Positions 21,711 to 32,820 of a stretch of 37,263 bases of DNA are shown here, one piece after another. The stretch's first letter is position 1, and each line of letters starts with the position of its first letter. A program made the position numbers and the translations under genes. The stretch comes from Octopus bimaculoides. Its lineage: Eukaryota. The stretch covers positions 83,206,188 through 83,243,450 of the forward strand of contig NC_068982.1 in NCBI RefSeq assembly GCF_001194135.2, read 5' to 3'. Below the pieces are notes generated by a model. The model did no database searches. It saw only the letters and a list, made by a program, of their open reading frames with translations, and had not been told where the DNA came from.

Positions 21711-23624
21711 AGCAGCAGTAGAGTTTTTTTTTTTATGTGAGTTGCAAAGTTGAGTATTTTTTGTTGTAAAATTGAGTGTCAATCATTGGTGTTAATTGTT
21801 GATATTGTTCGTGTTTTTTTGTGTCTTCCCGTGGTGGAAAATGGAGAAAGAACCGGTAGGTGGCCAAAGTTATGCGGCCGCGACTGGAAAAGGAACAGAG
21901 GAAGGAAAGCTGGAAATAATCGAAATTAAGGTTGATCCGAAGAAGATGAAGGAATGTGAGAAGTTGCTGGCGAGGGTCGGAAACACGCTGACGTTGACAC
22001 CGCCTGTGGAACTGACAGAAAGTGTAAAAAAGAGAACTGTGGTTTTTAAAACCATGAAGGTGGCAACTAGAAGGATAGAGCTTGCGACAGTTGAGGCGAT
22101 CGAGGAGTGCCTGAAAGGTATCAGAAAACAAGCAACTTTTGTAACTAGAGGAAAAAAGTATGCCACTGTGGAGGTACGATTTGCAACATAAATAGANNNN
22201 NNNNNNNNNNNNNNNNNNNNNNNNNNNNNNNNNNNNNNNNNNNNNNNNNNNNNNNNNNNNNNNNNNNNNNNNNNNNNNNNNNNNNNNNNNNNNNNNNNNN
22301 NNNNNNNNNNNNNNNNNNNNNNNNNNNNNNNNNNNNNNNNNNNNNNNNNNNNNNNNNNNNNNNNNNNNNNNNNNNNNNNNNNNNNNNNNNNNNNNNNNNN
22401 NNNNNNNNNNNNNNNNNNNNNNNNNNNNNNNNNNNNNNNNNNNNNNNNNNNNNNNNNNNNNNNNNNNNNNNNNNNNNNNNNNNNNNNNNNNNNNNNNNNN
22501 NNNNNNNNNNNNNNGTGGAAGACCTTAATAGAATTGACGAGGAGATAGCGCTACCTGACGACCAAAAATTAAGAGTGAAAGTGGAGGGCAGGCCGCCTAC
22601 ATGTTTTGCATGTGGCGAGAAAGGCCACATGAAGGCGAGATGCCCGCAGAGAGAACTAACAGAAAAACAGGAAGACACGAACCAGGTAGTACAGACAGAG
22701 ACAGAAGAAAATACAACGGAGGAGGGATTTACGGTAATGGAAAGAAAACGAAGGAGGAGTGGAAGAACAAACTCACCACCAGAGAAACAGAAAAAGAAGA
22801 AAGAAGTGGAAAAGGAAGCTGTAACCAGAGGGAATACAGATGAAGAGGTGACAGAGAAAGAAAGAGAGAAAGCAACTACTAAACAGGTGGATTTACAAGA
22901 GGAGGGAACAGCGATAATGACGCCGGTTTCCCCAGCGAAGGAAAAGGTTTCGAGAGTTGAAACATCTGACAATGAATGGGATCAGTGGTATGGAGTTCGA
23001 GAAGGAAATACATCAGTAACAGAAGAAGAGACAAAATCAAGAAGATGGAAAAACAATTGGAATTTTGTAACTTACTCAAAAAATAAGGAGACAGAGAAGA
23101 AAATTCTTAAATTCAAGCACATTATAAGAATTAAGTTACCAACAGATGTCTATTCTGAAAATGTGAAGGCCATTGTGGTCGATAGGGTCACATACGAGAA
23201 ACTAAAAGACATGTGCGGAAACAAAATTGATCCGCCCGGAGTAGCGGTGATGTTCGACGAGCTGCCACCAGTGATCGAACTCAGGGATTTGGAACCGTTT
23301 ATGAGGTATTAAAAGAAAAAAAAAAAAAAATTCTAAGAAAAAAAAGAACGAAAAAAAGTGTTTTTTTGTTATAAATATAATTTTTAAAAAAGAGAGAAAA
23401 GACAGATAATTAAGAATTACACAGAAAAAGTGAACGATGGTAAATTGTTTATATAAACGATTCAAATGGTACTACATGGTTATGGGGCCCATGCAGCCAT
23501 TTCATTTCTTCATTATATAACATCTCATTGTCATTCGGTTTGTTTTGTGTCCCCATTGTGGTGTTGTGTCTGTCCTTGTAGTGTCCCCATCTGTGTTGTG
23601 GCCATAGTGCCAAATAAAGAAAAA
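21711..23624 (+). mobile_element. ORF1-only non-LTR retroelement A (Tx1/L1-like, no ORF2)
   Basis: 16-bp TSD CAGAGATAATTGTGTC (21695-21710 and 23625-23640); 3' end aataaagaaaaa. Confidence 0.88.
21841..23312 (+). pseudogene. Gag-like ORF1 with CX2CX4HX4C knuckle (stop at 22189-22191 just before the N gap)
   Basis: N-terminal SYAAA motif; LRVKVEGRPPTCFACGEKGHMKARC (knuckle 22602-22643); charged low-complexity linker; stop at 23310-23312. Confidence 0.8.
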
Positions 23625-23715
23625 CAGAGATAATTGTGTCTTTACTGGTTTTACTAAGTATACTGTATACCGAAGTGGGCGTTATAACAATCCAATATTG
23701 CAAGGATTATAACAG

Positions 23716-23728
23716 TGGCGACGAGGAT
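23716..23728 (+). promoter_or_regulatory. Primer-binding site TGGCGACGAGGAT
   Basis: Starts 1 nt after the LTR terminal CA; complementary to the 3' end (ATCCTCGTCG-CCA) of animal tRNA-Ser(GCT) as I recall that sequence. Confidence 0.8.
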
Positions 23729-23818
23729 TTAAACAACTCACGAGGAATTAAGAAACTCGAAGAGGAGTTAATAAATTCACCATGTTGGTGTGAGAATTTT
23801 AGAAAAAATCGTAAAAGT

Positions 23819-24700
23819 ATGGAAAATTTGTTGGCAGGTTTGCTCGAGTTGCAAAAACAGCAACAACAAGAGCTGAGAGAACAGCAACAACAGCAGATAG
23901 AACTGCAAGAGCAACAACAACAAATAATATTACAGCAACAAATGCTGCAATTACTGAAATCGTCAGGAAATTCCGAAAAAGTGTTGTCAACAGACTATGT
24001 CGTGAACTCCATAACAGAGTTCAAATACGAACAAGATGAAGGAGTTACCTTCGAAGCATACTACAGAAGATATGAGCAAATCTTCGAGAGAGAATGTAAA
24101 GATAGGAGCAACGAGATGAAAACTGGCGGCAACAGAATATAAACGATACAGTAATTATGTACTACCAAGAAGACCTTCGGACATAAACTTTAATAACACA
24201 ATAGATATATTGTGTAAAATTTTCGGTGAAAAAAGCTCATGGTTCAACACATGCTGGAAGTGTTTGAACATAGAGAAAAACAACGACGAGGACAACATCA
24301 CATATGATGGTAGAGTAAACAGGGAATGCGAGAAGTTTAAGCTGTGTTCAAATGTCTGATTTTTAGACAGGGACTTACTCCCGAAAAGGACGCAGAAGTT
24401 AGAACTAGAATTCTCGTTAAGCTGGAACAAAACCAGGATGTAACCCTACAGCAAGTGTCAGAAGAATGTGAAAGGACAGTCAAATTAAGACACGACACAG
24501 AGGAAATTGGACGTAAATATTGTTTCCAAGTAAAACAAGCGCAAAATAGTCAGAATAGAGATGAAGTGTTTTCTAAAAAACACGACATAAATCAGGAAAT
24601 AAACCCATGTTTTGCATGTGGAGATATACACCTGGGGGAAAATTGTCCATTTAAAAAAGTGGAGTGCTTTCGTTTTGGAAATATAGGAATATAAAGACGT
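23819..24700 (+). pseudogene. Gypsy gag remnant
   Basis: Poly-Q coiled coil, NSITEFKYEQDEGVTFEAYYRRYEQIF, FKCLIFRQGL..DAEVRTRIL, knuckle CFACGDIH..NC; frameshifted. Confidence 0.85.
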
Positions 24701-24769
24701 AAAGGAAGATGACAAAACCTCAGAACAAAGGAAAAAGAAAAAGTAGTATGTCATCGGAAGAAATTAGTA

Positions 24770-25047
24770 ATATAACGATGAGGAAATTCGTGAAAATGAA
24801 AATCAGAAATACAAGTGTTAAAATACTGTTGGACTCTGGTAGTAATATCACTATTATAAATGAAAAAACTTGGGAATATGTTGGTAAGCAGGAATTAATT
24901 AACTCGAAAAAGGTAGCACATGGTGTTAGGGAAAGAAGATTATATTTTTTCGGTGAATTCGTATGTAATGTAACATTTCGAGGTCAAACGAAAACGGCAA
25001 AGATACATGTATTAAAAGATTCACTTATTCTATTTAGCACAGAGTAG
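24770..25047 (+). pseudogene. Gypsy aspartic protease remnant
   Basis: VKILLDSGSNITIINEKTW catalytic motif. Confidence 0.88.
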
Positions 25048-25166
25048 ATGAGACTATTCAAAGTATGGAATACGCCCATAAGTGTTTTGCGTGAAAATGT
25101 AGTCAGTTCAATCGAAGATTCGAATGCGGTTGAGGGACTGTATGTAAGCCAAAACGAAATGAAAAA

Positions 25167-25860
25167 TTGCCCACGATAAAAAGTAAACATTGTTCAAAAG
25201 TAGATGTTCCGTGGTCGAGGCTACACATCGATTTCGCTGGTCCTTTAAATGGTTCTTACTACTTAGGGGTAGTTGGTAGTTTCTCGAAAAGGCCAGAAAT
25301 TTGTAAGTGTAAAACACCAACCTCCTCAACTATGATAAATTTTTTACACGAATTGTTTGCGAGATTTGCCATCCCAGACAAGATCGTGTCTGACAATGGA
25401 ACGCAATTTGTGTCTAGCGAATTTAGAAAATTTTGTGAAACGTTCGCGGTAGAACTACTGCGCCATACCATCCCAGATCTAACGGACAGGCAGAACGCTT
25501 TGTTGACACCTTCAAAAGAGCCCTTAGAAAATCGAATTAGAAAGTCACGCATGAAGTACCTCTCCAACAATTTTTAAGAGTGTACTGTATGATATCAAAT
25601 CCGAATACACCAGCAGGTTTGTAAGGAAAGTAAAATCAGTCTTTGATAAATTGCTACATGGAAAGAAAATAAAAAGTGCCAGGGAAGACATAGCAAGATT
25701 CTTTAAAGTTTGTCAAAAGGTGTATATGAGGACATACGAGAATGGAAAGCAGAGTTGGGAATATTGTGTAATTACCAAATGCATAGGTAAAATGATGTAT
25801 TGGGTAAAAAATAGAAAAGGCATACAAAAGAGATACAGGAACCAACTGAAAAAGTGATTC
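25167..25860 (+). pseudogene. Gypsy integrase core and C-terminal remnant
   Basis: PWSRLHIDFAGPLNG, FARFAIPDKIVSDNGTQFVSSEF, frameshifted SNGQAERFVDTFKRAL. Confidence 0.92.
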
Positions 25861-26110
25861 GTGGAAAGCGAACCAAAGAAGTTGGAGGAATAGATGGAAT
25901 TGTTGTACGATACGTTCCAAGAACCAACACCACTGCAGGTGATTGAACTCAGGAGGAAAAGAAAACATACAGCGTTCCTGAAAATAGATGCCAAGCGCAA
26001 AAAATATTAAGAAAATATTAAATTGTACGAAACAAAAAAAACTCAAAAGAGCGAGGTGGGGTGGATAAAAAATTATTGCTAAATAAAATGACACTCCCTT
26101 AGAAAAACTT

Positions 26111-26121
26111 AAAAGGGGAGA
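26111..26121 (+). promoter_or_regulatory. Polypurine tract AAAAGGGGAGA
   Basis: Directly upstream of the 3' LTR TG at 26122. Confidence 0.88.
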
Positions 26122-27398
26122 TGTTATAGAGAATTAGTAATAACGGTACACCACTGCCGCGTGACGAATGGCGGTGCAGTTCCGGGAGATAGCTACTGGT
26201 AGGCTGCACTCGGCAATACCCTTAAAAACGGGTGAAGTGGTGCTTCTCCCCATATACCTTGAGAGACGCGCTTCCAGGGTTAGGGTAGAAGATATACACC
26301 CAGAAATTGATGTATAAGAGAAGGTAGTGGTCCTCCAGACCACCACAACGCCTCATGAGAATTGGCAAGGGAAGAACCTTGATATGATAATCCGGAAGAC
26401 CTTGAAAACATAGTCGAGACCATCACGGTCGAAGAAGTGACACTCAGGGTCAGAGTGGAATGCAGGATTCCACGGTGCTATAAATGTGGCATGAAAAGCC
26501 ACATTAGTGCGGACTACCTCCGCCACTCGTGAAGACGAAAAAAAGAAACCCGAGAGCAGAAAGGAAATCGCAACTTCACCACCAACGAAAACCAGTACTA
26601 GCGCCGAGGAAGAGGAGGTGAACGAGGAAAACAACTGATGGGAAACGGCTGGAAAAAAAAAGATGAAAGAGCAGGAAAAAAGCACACTTTGTAAATGATG
26701 AACCCCATCCCACACCCACTCTACCCCAACCTCCCCCTACAGACACCAACCCTCCCCATGACCCCAACTGACACAACTACAAGCACAAGCACACAGGAGC
26801 CCCAAACTTTTCCACCCTTGTCCTGTGAGAAAAAAATATGTTATAATGTACAAAATGAAAATCTTATAATGAGATAGATTCGTGTCACAGAGCGATAAAA
26901 ATGAATATAACAGAAGTTAGAGTATTGCCCGAGTACTTTCACCGTGCAGTGGCAGATTCAGAGTATCTTTCGAGAGTAGAGGATAATGAGGAGGACTTTG
27001 ATTAATGGGTCAAGAAAATGGACACCAGCACAATACCAGAATGGGTAAGCTATCTTGAACTTTTAAAGAAATTTAACATTCTTCGGAAAGATGAAAGTTA
27101 ACTGTTACAAATAATGTTTTAAAAAGAAGTTGTATTAATAGGTTCAATGAAGTCGCTCGGAGGTGGGGGCCGAGTGGCTTCATTTCATTTATCATTTTAT
27201 CTAAGTCAACATTTTCATCCGTTTTTTTTTTCTGTCCCCACCATGTACTGTTCCCCCCTGTGTTAGGCCCTGTGTGGCCAATAAAAGAAAGAGTACCTAG
27301 TAGGCGGTCAGAGATAGTCGTGTCTTTACTCGTTTTACTAAGTATACTGTATACCGAACTGGACGTTATAACAATCCAGCATTGTAAAGATTACAACG
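26122..27398 (+). repeat. 3' LTR (26122-26171 plus 27290-27398), split by an insertion, with ~29 bp missing
   Basis: Homologous to the 5' LTR pieces; terminal CA appears as CG. Confidence 0.88.
26172..27289 (+). mobile_element. ORF1-only non-LTR retroelement B, 5'-truncated, related to element A
   Basis: EDLENIVETITVEEVTLRVRVECRIPRCYKCGMKSHISADY (knuckle 26476-26517) aligns with element A; similar 3' tail ending ccaataaaagaaa. Confidence 0.82.
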
Positions 27399-28205
27399 TG
27401 TTTGTGTGTGTGTGTGTGTGTGTGTGTTAACAGATTTTGCAGGCTCGTCTATCGCTTAGGTCATGTTCTCAAAGAGCGTATTTAAATTATTATATGTACT
27501 ACGATTTATGACTGTCATTTAAGTCTCATCAAAGAACCAGCTTGTTCGCTTGATTTTTTATTTGAATAAGAGGTAGAGTCAATAGATATTAAAGAAGACC
27601 CGGTCATGTTCATGGGTTGTACTAATATTTTCAAGAATAACAGATTTAGCTTTTATATTATGAGACACTATATAAACCATTTTAGCACCTATTATAATGT
27701 TTAATTTTAGCCCTATTTCAGGCGCTCGTAATGACTGCGAGGTTAGGAGGTGTTGAATATGAGAACTTGATTTTCCTAGTGAGAAGGTTCCATCGGAGTT
27801 TATTTTCGTTTCCGTCGACCAAGATTCACAGACAAATTGAGGCAATAATAAAAGGTGCCACAGAATGAGATCGAGCCCTGAAACAGAAGGAAATGAAGCA
27901 AACTTCTCACCCAACAGTTATGAGACATGGTTTTCGAAAACAATAAAAGTGATATAGTGTTTTTGTATCATTTCCAGTAAGTAAATGAGATAAAATGAGC
28001 CCTAAATGCAATGCGAAGTGGGATTTCAAGAATGAAGTGGTGTGAGACGTCACCTGTTTGTTAACTATCATTATAGACATACAAGTCCGGTAAATTAGCG
28101 GGTGGGGGCGTAAATTAGGATTGATGAAGGCTCTAATTAAGGGAACAGTGTGTGGTTTAGTGTGTGAGAGTTTGTCTTTGCATAAGTGGATATGTGCGTG
28201 CGTGC

Positions 28206-28278
<73 letters not shown>

Positions 28279-28621
28279 TTATGAAATAATTAGATCCGGT
28301 TTGGTGAAAATGTTTCTCCTTCCGTTAAGATGAGTCACAAACTTTCTCCCAGCTTCTGCCATTCACACCATTCCTTTTTCCCATCCGACTTGTCGTCTCA
28401 ACACCACCACCACCACCACCAGCATCCACACCGTTATTACTCCCTCACCCACACTCACACACATATACACACACGCACACCAACACACACACACACTAAT
28501 CCACTAGTTATCTGGAGTATACCACTGTTATCCATCATCATCATCACTACCATCTCGCATCTTCGCCCTTACTATCACAGCACCATTACCACCATCTTTA
28601 TCGTTGTCGTTGTCACCGTTG

Positions 28622-28653
<32 letters not shown>

Positions 28654-29107
28654 TCTAATCTCTATAATACATTTCCCATTTTCCTCTCTTCAATGTCAGT
28701 TCCTGAAAGTTCTTAATGATCACGTGATAACTATAATGGAAGAATTAGTAAGTTTCTCAGTGGTACCTTCTGCATGAAGAATATACCGTTAAGTACAAAC
28801 TAATAAATTTAAGGCGGTAAACTGAAAATAGCATTTGATTAATTGATGTTTTAAAACTGCGAATAAGAGAAATAAACCTCATTAGCGTTAATGAAAAGAA
28901 AAGGAGGCAAGGGAGAGAACTACCGAAATTTCAGAGCGACCCAAATTAAATGAAGGTATGTGAGCGACGGAAGGAGTCGTATCAATAGTGACAATTCTAG
29001 ATATGTTCGGTGCAATGTCAAACTTTCTCAACGCAGCAGATTCTACTCGAAGGCAGCGAAGTGCTCGGAATGACAACACATTTTTTTCTTTGTGTAAAGT
29101 AAATATA

Positions 29108-29359
29108 CAGTAATCCCTCGCCATATTGCGGTTCGCCTACACGGTTCACATATCGCCGTTCACCTATCGCGGTTTATTATTTAAGCATATGTCGATTCCT
29201 CCGTTGTTTTGCAATTATAAAATATATACATATTGTATATATAAATATATACAAATTATAAAAATAATTTTTAAAGATACCGTACAATACTGTTTCTGCT
29301 TCGCGGATTTTCAACTATTGCGGTGTGACGTAACACCGGCGATAGTCGAGGGATTACTG
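29108..29359. mobile_element. Tigger/pogo-type MITE (252 bp)
   Basis: TIRs CAGTAATCCCTCG / CGAGGGATTACTG; TA on both sides; internal tcgcgg repeats. Confidence 0.88.
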
Positions 29360-29939
29360 TATATACATATACGTACACACACACATGCGCACACACATAC
29401 ACACACATGCACACACACACATTGAAACATACATACATACAAATGTACACACAGGTAATCACTAGTTTAAAATGGTGTACAGTTGACATATCTATGTATA
29501 TATATGTATGTATGTGTGTGTGTGTGTGTGTGTGTAAGTGTTTCTCTGTGATGAACAGTAGAAAAGCCACCTGTGAAGAATTGTTGTCAACTCAATCCCT
29601 CTCCTTAATGCTACGTAATCCTCACACACACCTTTCTTTCCCTTTCTCGTCATTTCAAAAGTTACTTATGTGTATATGCATGTGTGTGCGCGCACATTGC
29701 GTGTGTGCGTGTGTGTATCGATATTTGTCGTTTACACACCTTTGTTCTCCCCTTCCCTGATATCATCCACACTCACTACATTTCCCTTTTGTAACCTTCT
29801 CATTTTATCAAATAATAGCCCAACCGAATAAAATAAATCAGTTAACCGGCAATACCGGAAGAGCCCCCCCCCACCGCCTCCGAGGGAACCCTTTATAGAT
29901 TTTTATTGAAATCCAATTATCCTATAATTCAATTAGTTT

Positions 29940-30135
29940 AACATGTATGTATGTATGAATGCATGCATGCATGCATGTATGTATGTATGTATGTATGTAC
30001 GTACGTATATATGTATGTGTGTGTGCACGTATGTATGTATGTATGCATGCATGTATCTTAAACATACATGCATGCATACACACATACATATATACATAAA
30101 TGCATGCATGCATGCATACATACATACATACATAC
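29940..30135. repeat. Compound ATGT/ATGC/ATAC tetranucleotide array
   Basis: Direct reading. Confidence 0.9.
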
Positions 30136-30683
30136 ATATCTTCATCATCACCTCATAATTTTAACGTTCACTTATTCCATTTCCTCTTCATTACACAGAT
30201 CAGACGAAGTTTATTGAGACAATTTTTTACGGCCAGATGCCCTTCTTTTCACCAGCTCTCACCTGTTTGCAACCCAGGAAATATTTTCTCATGGTCAGAT
30301 ACGTATACGTCGGCAATTGGAAGTCAATGGTACTGTTTGTATGAATGAAATTTTTCACAACTATCACGTGCTGTTAAGTCAAGGAGATAAAAAATATAAC
30401 ACACTCACACTCTTACACACACATGCATGCGCACACACACATATATACATATATACACACATAATGTATGCATGTACATGATATATGTATGTATATACAT
30501 TATGTGTGTGTGTGTGTGGGTGGGTGTATTGAAGGAAAGAAAATGGAGAAAAATGGATGTATCAGTAATTTATTTGTATGATATAAAGATGCTGAAATTT
30601 TTTTTAAAAACAACAATACAAATAAATTATAAATTGTAAAGTGTTATATGATAGTGATTAACCAGTGGAATCCTCGAATTGAC

Positions 30684-30715
<32 letters not shown>

Positions 30716-30834
30716 CAAAAATATAAATATATATGTGCGCGCGTGTATATATATATGTATATATATATATATACATATATATACGGCAAATAAGGTGTAC
30801 CTATGATGATTAAGTCTATGTTTCATATTATTCT

Positions 30835-31125
30835 GGGTTGCTCAGACTTAATCACCATAGATACACCTTTAGAAACAGAAATAGGAGAAATTCAACGGGA
30901 TTGAGCAACTACATATGGGAACTTAAGGATAGGAGAATTGATTATAACTTACATTGGAAGATTTTAACCACAGTACCAACGTATAGTACAAAGAATATGA
31001 AATGTATGTTATGTGTAAATGGAATTTTCTTCATGTTAAAGCCAACCTTCTGCTTGTAAAATTCTCTTAAGGAGAGAAACGTTCCTGCCTTCACAAGACC
31101 AAGTACATCTTTTCTAAATACCATT
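30835..31125 (+). mobile_element. Penelope-like GIY-YIG C-terminal remnant
   Basis: NHHRYTFRNRNRRNSTGLSNYIWELKD..LHWKIL..Y..KCMLC. Confidence 0.8.
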
Positions 31126-31319
31126 AGTACTAGTTATTTAACCCCCACTAGCACTAGCGCCCCTCCTTACTCGTTTCATAAAAACAATATTCGTAATATT
31201 AACACCTTCCTGTATATGGTCACCATTTTAATGTTTGCCATATCCACACGTTACACTATATGCCCTGGTTCTTCTCCCCCTAACTAGTTTGCAATTAACC
31301 TTTTTCAGGTTAACCTGTA

Positions 31320-31573
31320 TATATTTTGAGTATATGTATATATGTATGAATATATGCATGTATGCTGCGTGTGCAGATGTATATATGTATGTATACATGC
31401 ATGTGTGTATCTATGCATATGTGTGTGTGCACATATAAGTACATGCGATTGTAACCCTATTTCTGTGTGTGTAGGTATAGGGCTTAGTATGTTTAGATGA
31501 ATATGTGTACTGTGTCTGTAAGTATGAGTGTGCGTTATTTGAGTGTATATATATATATATGCATGTATATGTA

Positions 31574-31648
<75 letters not shown>

Positions 31649-31870
31649 GCGAGTATATTTGTGTGTATGTATGTATGTATATGTGTATGTATATTTATAT
31701 GTGTGTGTGGATGTGTATGTATGTGTATATATACACACATAGTTTTGTGTGTGTGTATATATACAGACTCTTATAGGTATAGTTATAGCCATGTGTATGT
31801 ATGCATATATTTACATGCTTATATAGGTATATATGAGAGGCTATGCAAGAAGCCATAAGTTTTTGTATGT
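31320..31870. repeat. Long degenerate AT/GT/ATGT simple-repeat tract
   Basis: Direct reading; the source of several spurious ORFs. Confidence 0.9.
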
Positions 31871-32325
31871 TTACACACATATGTGTCCATAGTTGTGGAA
31901 ATGGATACATACATGTGTGCACATGTGTGGAGATAAGGGTGTGGGTAAGGGCCAGTATGGATTTGCATGTATATAATGGTGTACACACATGGATATGGGT
32001 GTGAATGTATATCTGATTAGTATGTATATCTGATTAGTATTGGTGCATATGTGGGTCTGTAGATTTGCATGTATGCTTGCTGGAATGTGAGTGTAGACAG
32101 CTACAGATAGGAACACCCCATCGCGTTTTGTCTACTAATGATATGTTACTCTATACTCCTATTAGGAATACTCTACACAAACCTAGCTTACACACTCGGG
32201 CTAAGAACCGCTCTTTTATAAACCTTTTGAAAATACACTCGGGACTCGTTCATCATATATACTACTGCTTAGTAATTGAAATGTACCCTAGAAATGAGCA
32301 GAGTAATAGTGATAATGATAATGAT

Positions 32326-32465
32326 CGCAAAACACTTTCAATACAGTAAACATAAGAGCACCACAGCAAACCACAGCACATACCCAAGGCGCACAGAGCT
32401 GCGCTCGGTAGTGAAGTGAAAGCACGTTATAAAAATAAAACTACTGAACAATAATAATAATAATA
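32326..32465 (+). mobile_element. Short R4-like 3' end (RKTLSIQ* plus 3' UTR plus (AAT)n)
   Basis: Terminal residues resemble RLE C-termini seen elsewhere in the window; the last 42 bp are identical to the reverse complement of 12607-12648. Confidence 0.7.
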
Positions 32466-32479
32466 TAGCACACTATCCA

Positions 32480-32765
32480 CTAGCTTAAATTATAAATACA
32501 AACCATTATGTACAATCGGATAATGGAGTATAATATGATATAATTTACTATAGCTAAATTACCTAATACATCGTAATTCATAGATACCTACACCCCATAG
32601 TTGACACTCTTATCCGAACACAAATACCTCCAATTGGCATCTGCAACTGATATTACATCTTCCTTTAGACCTAAACTGAGTACTATTCCAATACGGAATT
32701 AATTAATTAATTAGCTAGAAATAGTCGGGTTACCCTCTTTTGCTATACACAGAATTACCGATAGC

Positions 32766-32820
<55 letters not shown>

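Larger units (their letters stand above)
21597..23714 (+). repeat. 5' LTR (~188 bp: 21597-21710 plus 23641-23714), split by a 1.9-kb insertion
   Basis: tgttgcagagaattagtaataa... to ...gattataaca; matches the 3' LTR pieces. Confidence 0.9.
21597..27398 (+). mobile_element. Gypsy-type LTR retrotransposon, internally deleted, with both LTRs interrupted
   Basis: LTRs starting TG, PBS, PPT, and gag, protease and integrase remnants. Confidence 0.92.

Noticed and set aside
21690-21712. U2 snRNA target, as used by Keno-type Tx1 elements
   Set aside because: The target sequence does not match U2; it is part of the Gypsy LTR.
27579-27914. 111-aa minus-strand ORF with faint resemblance to a PIF1 helicase segment (GLKLNIIIGAKMV)
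   Set aside because: A single weak motif with no other helicase motifs nearby; would need a profile search.
30138-30310. Probable dispersed repeat (ggccagatgcccttc motif after ATC repeats)
   Set aside because: Only one copy in the window and no diagnostic ends; it rests on vague familiarity.
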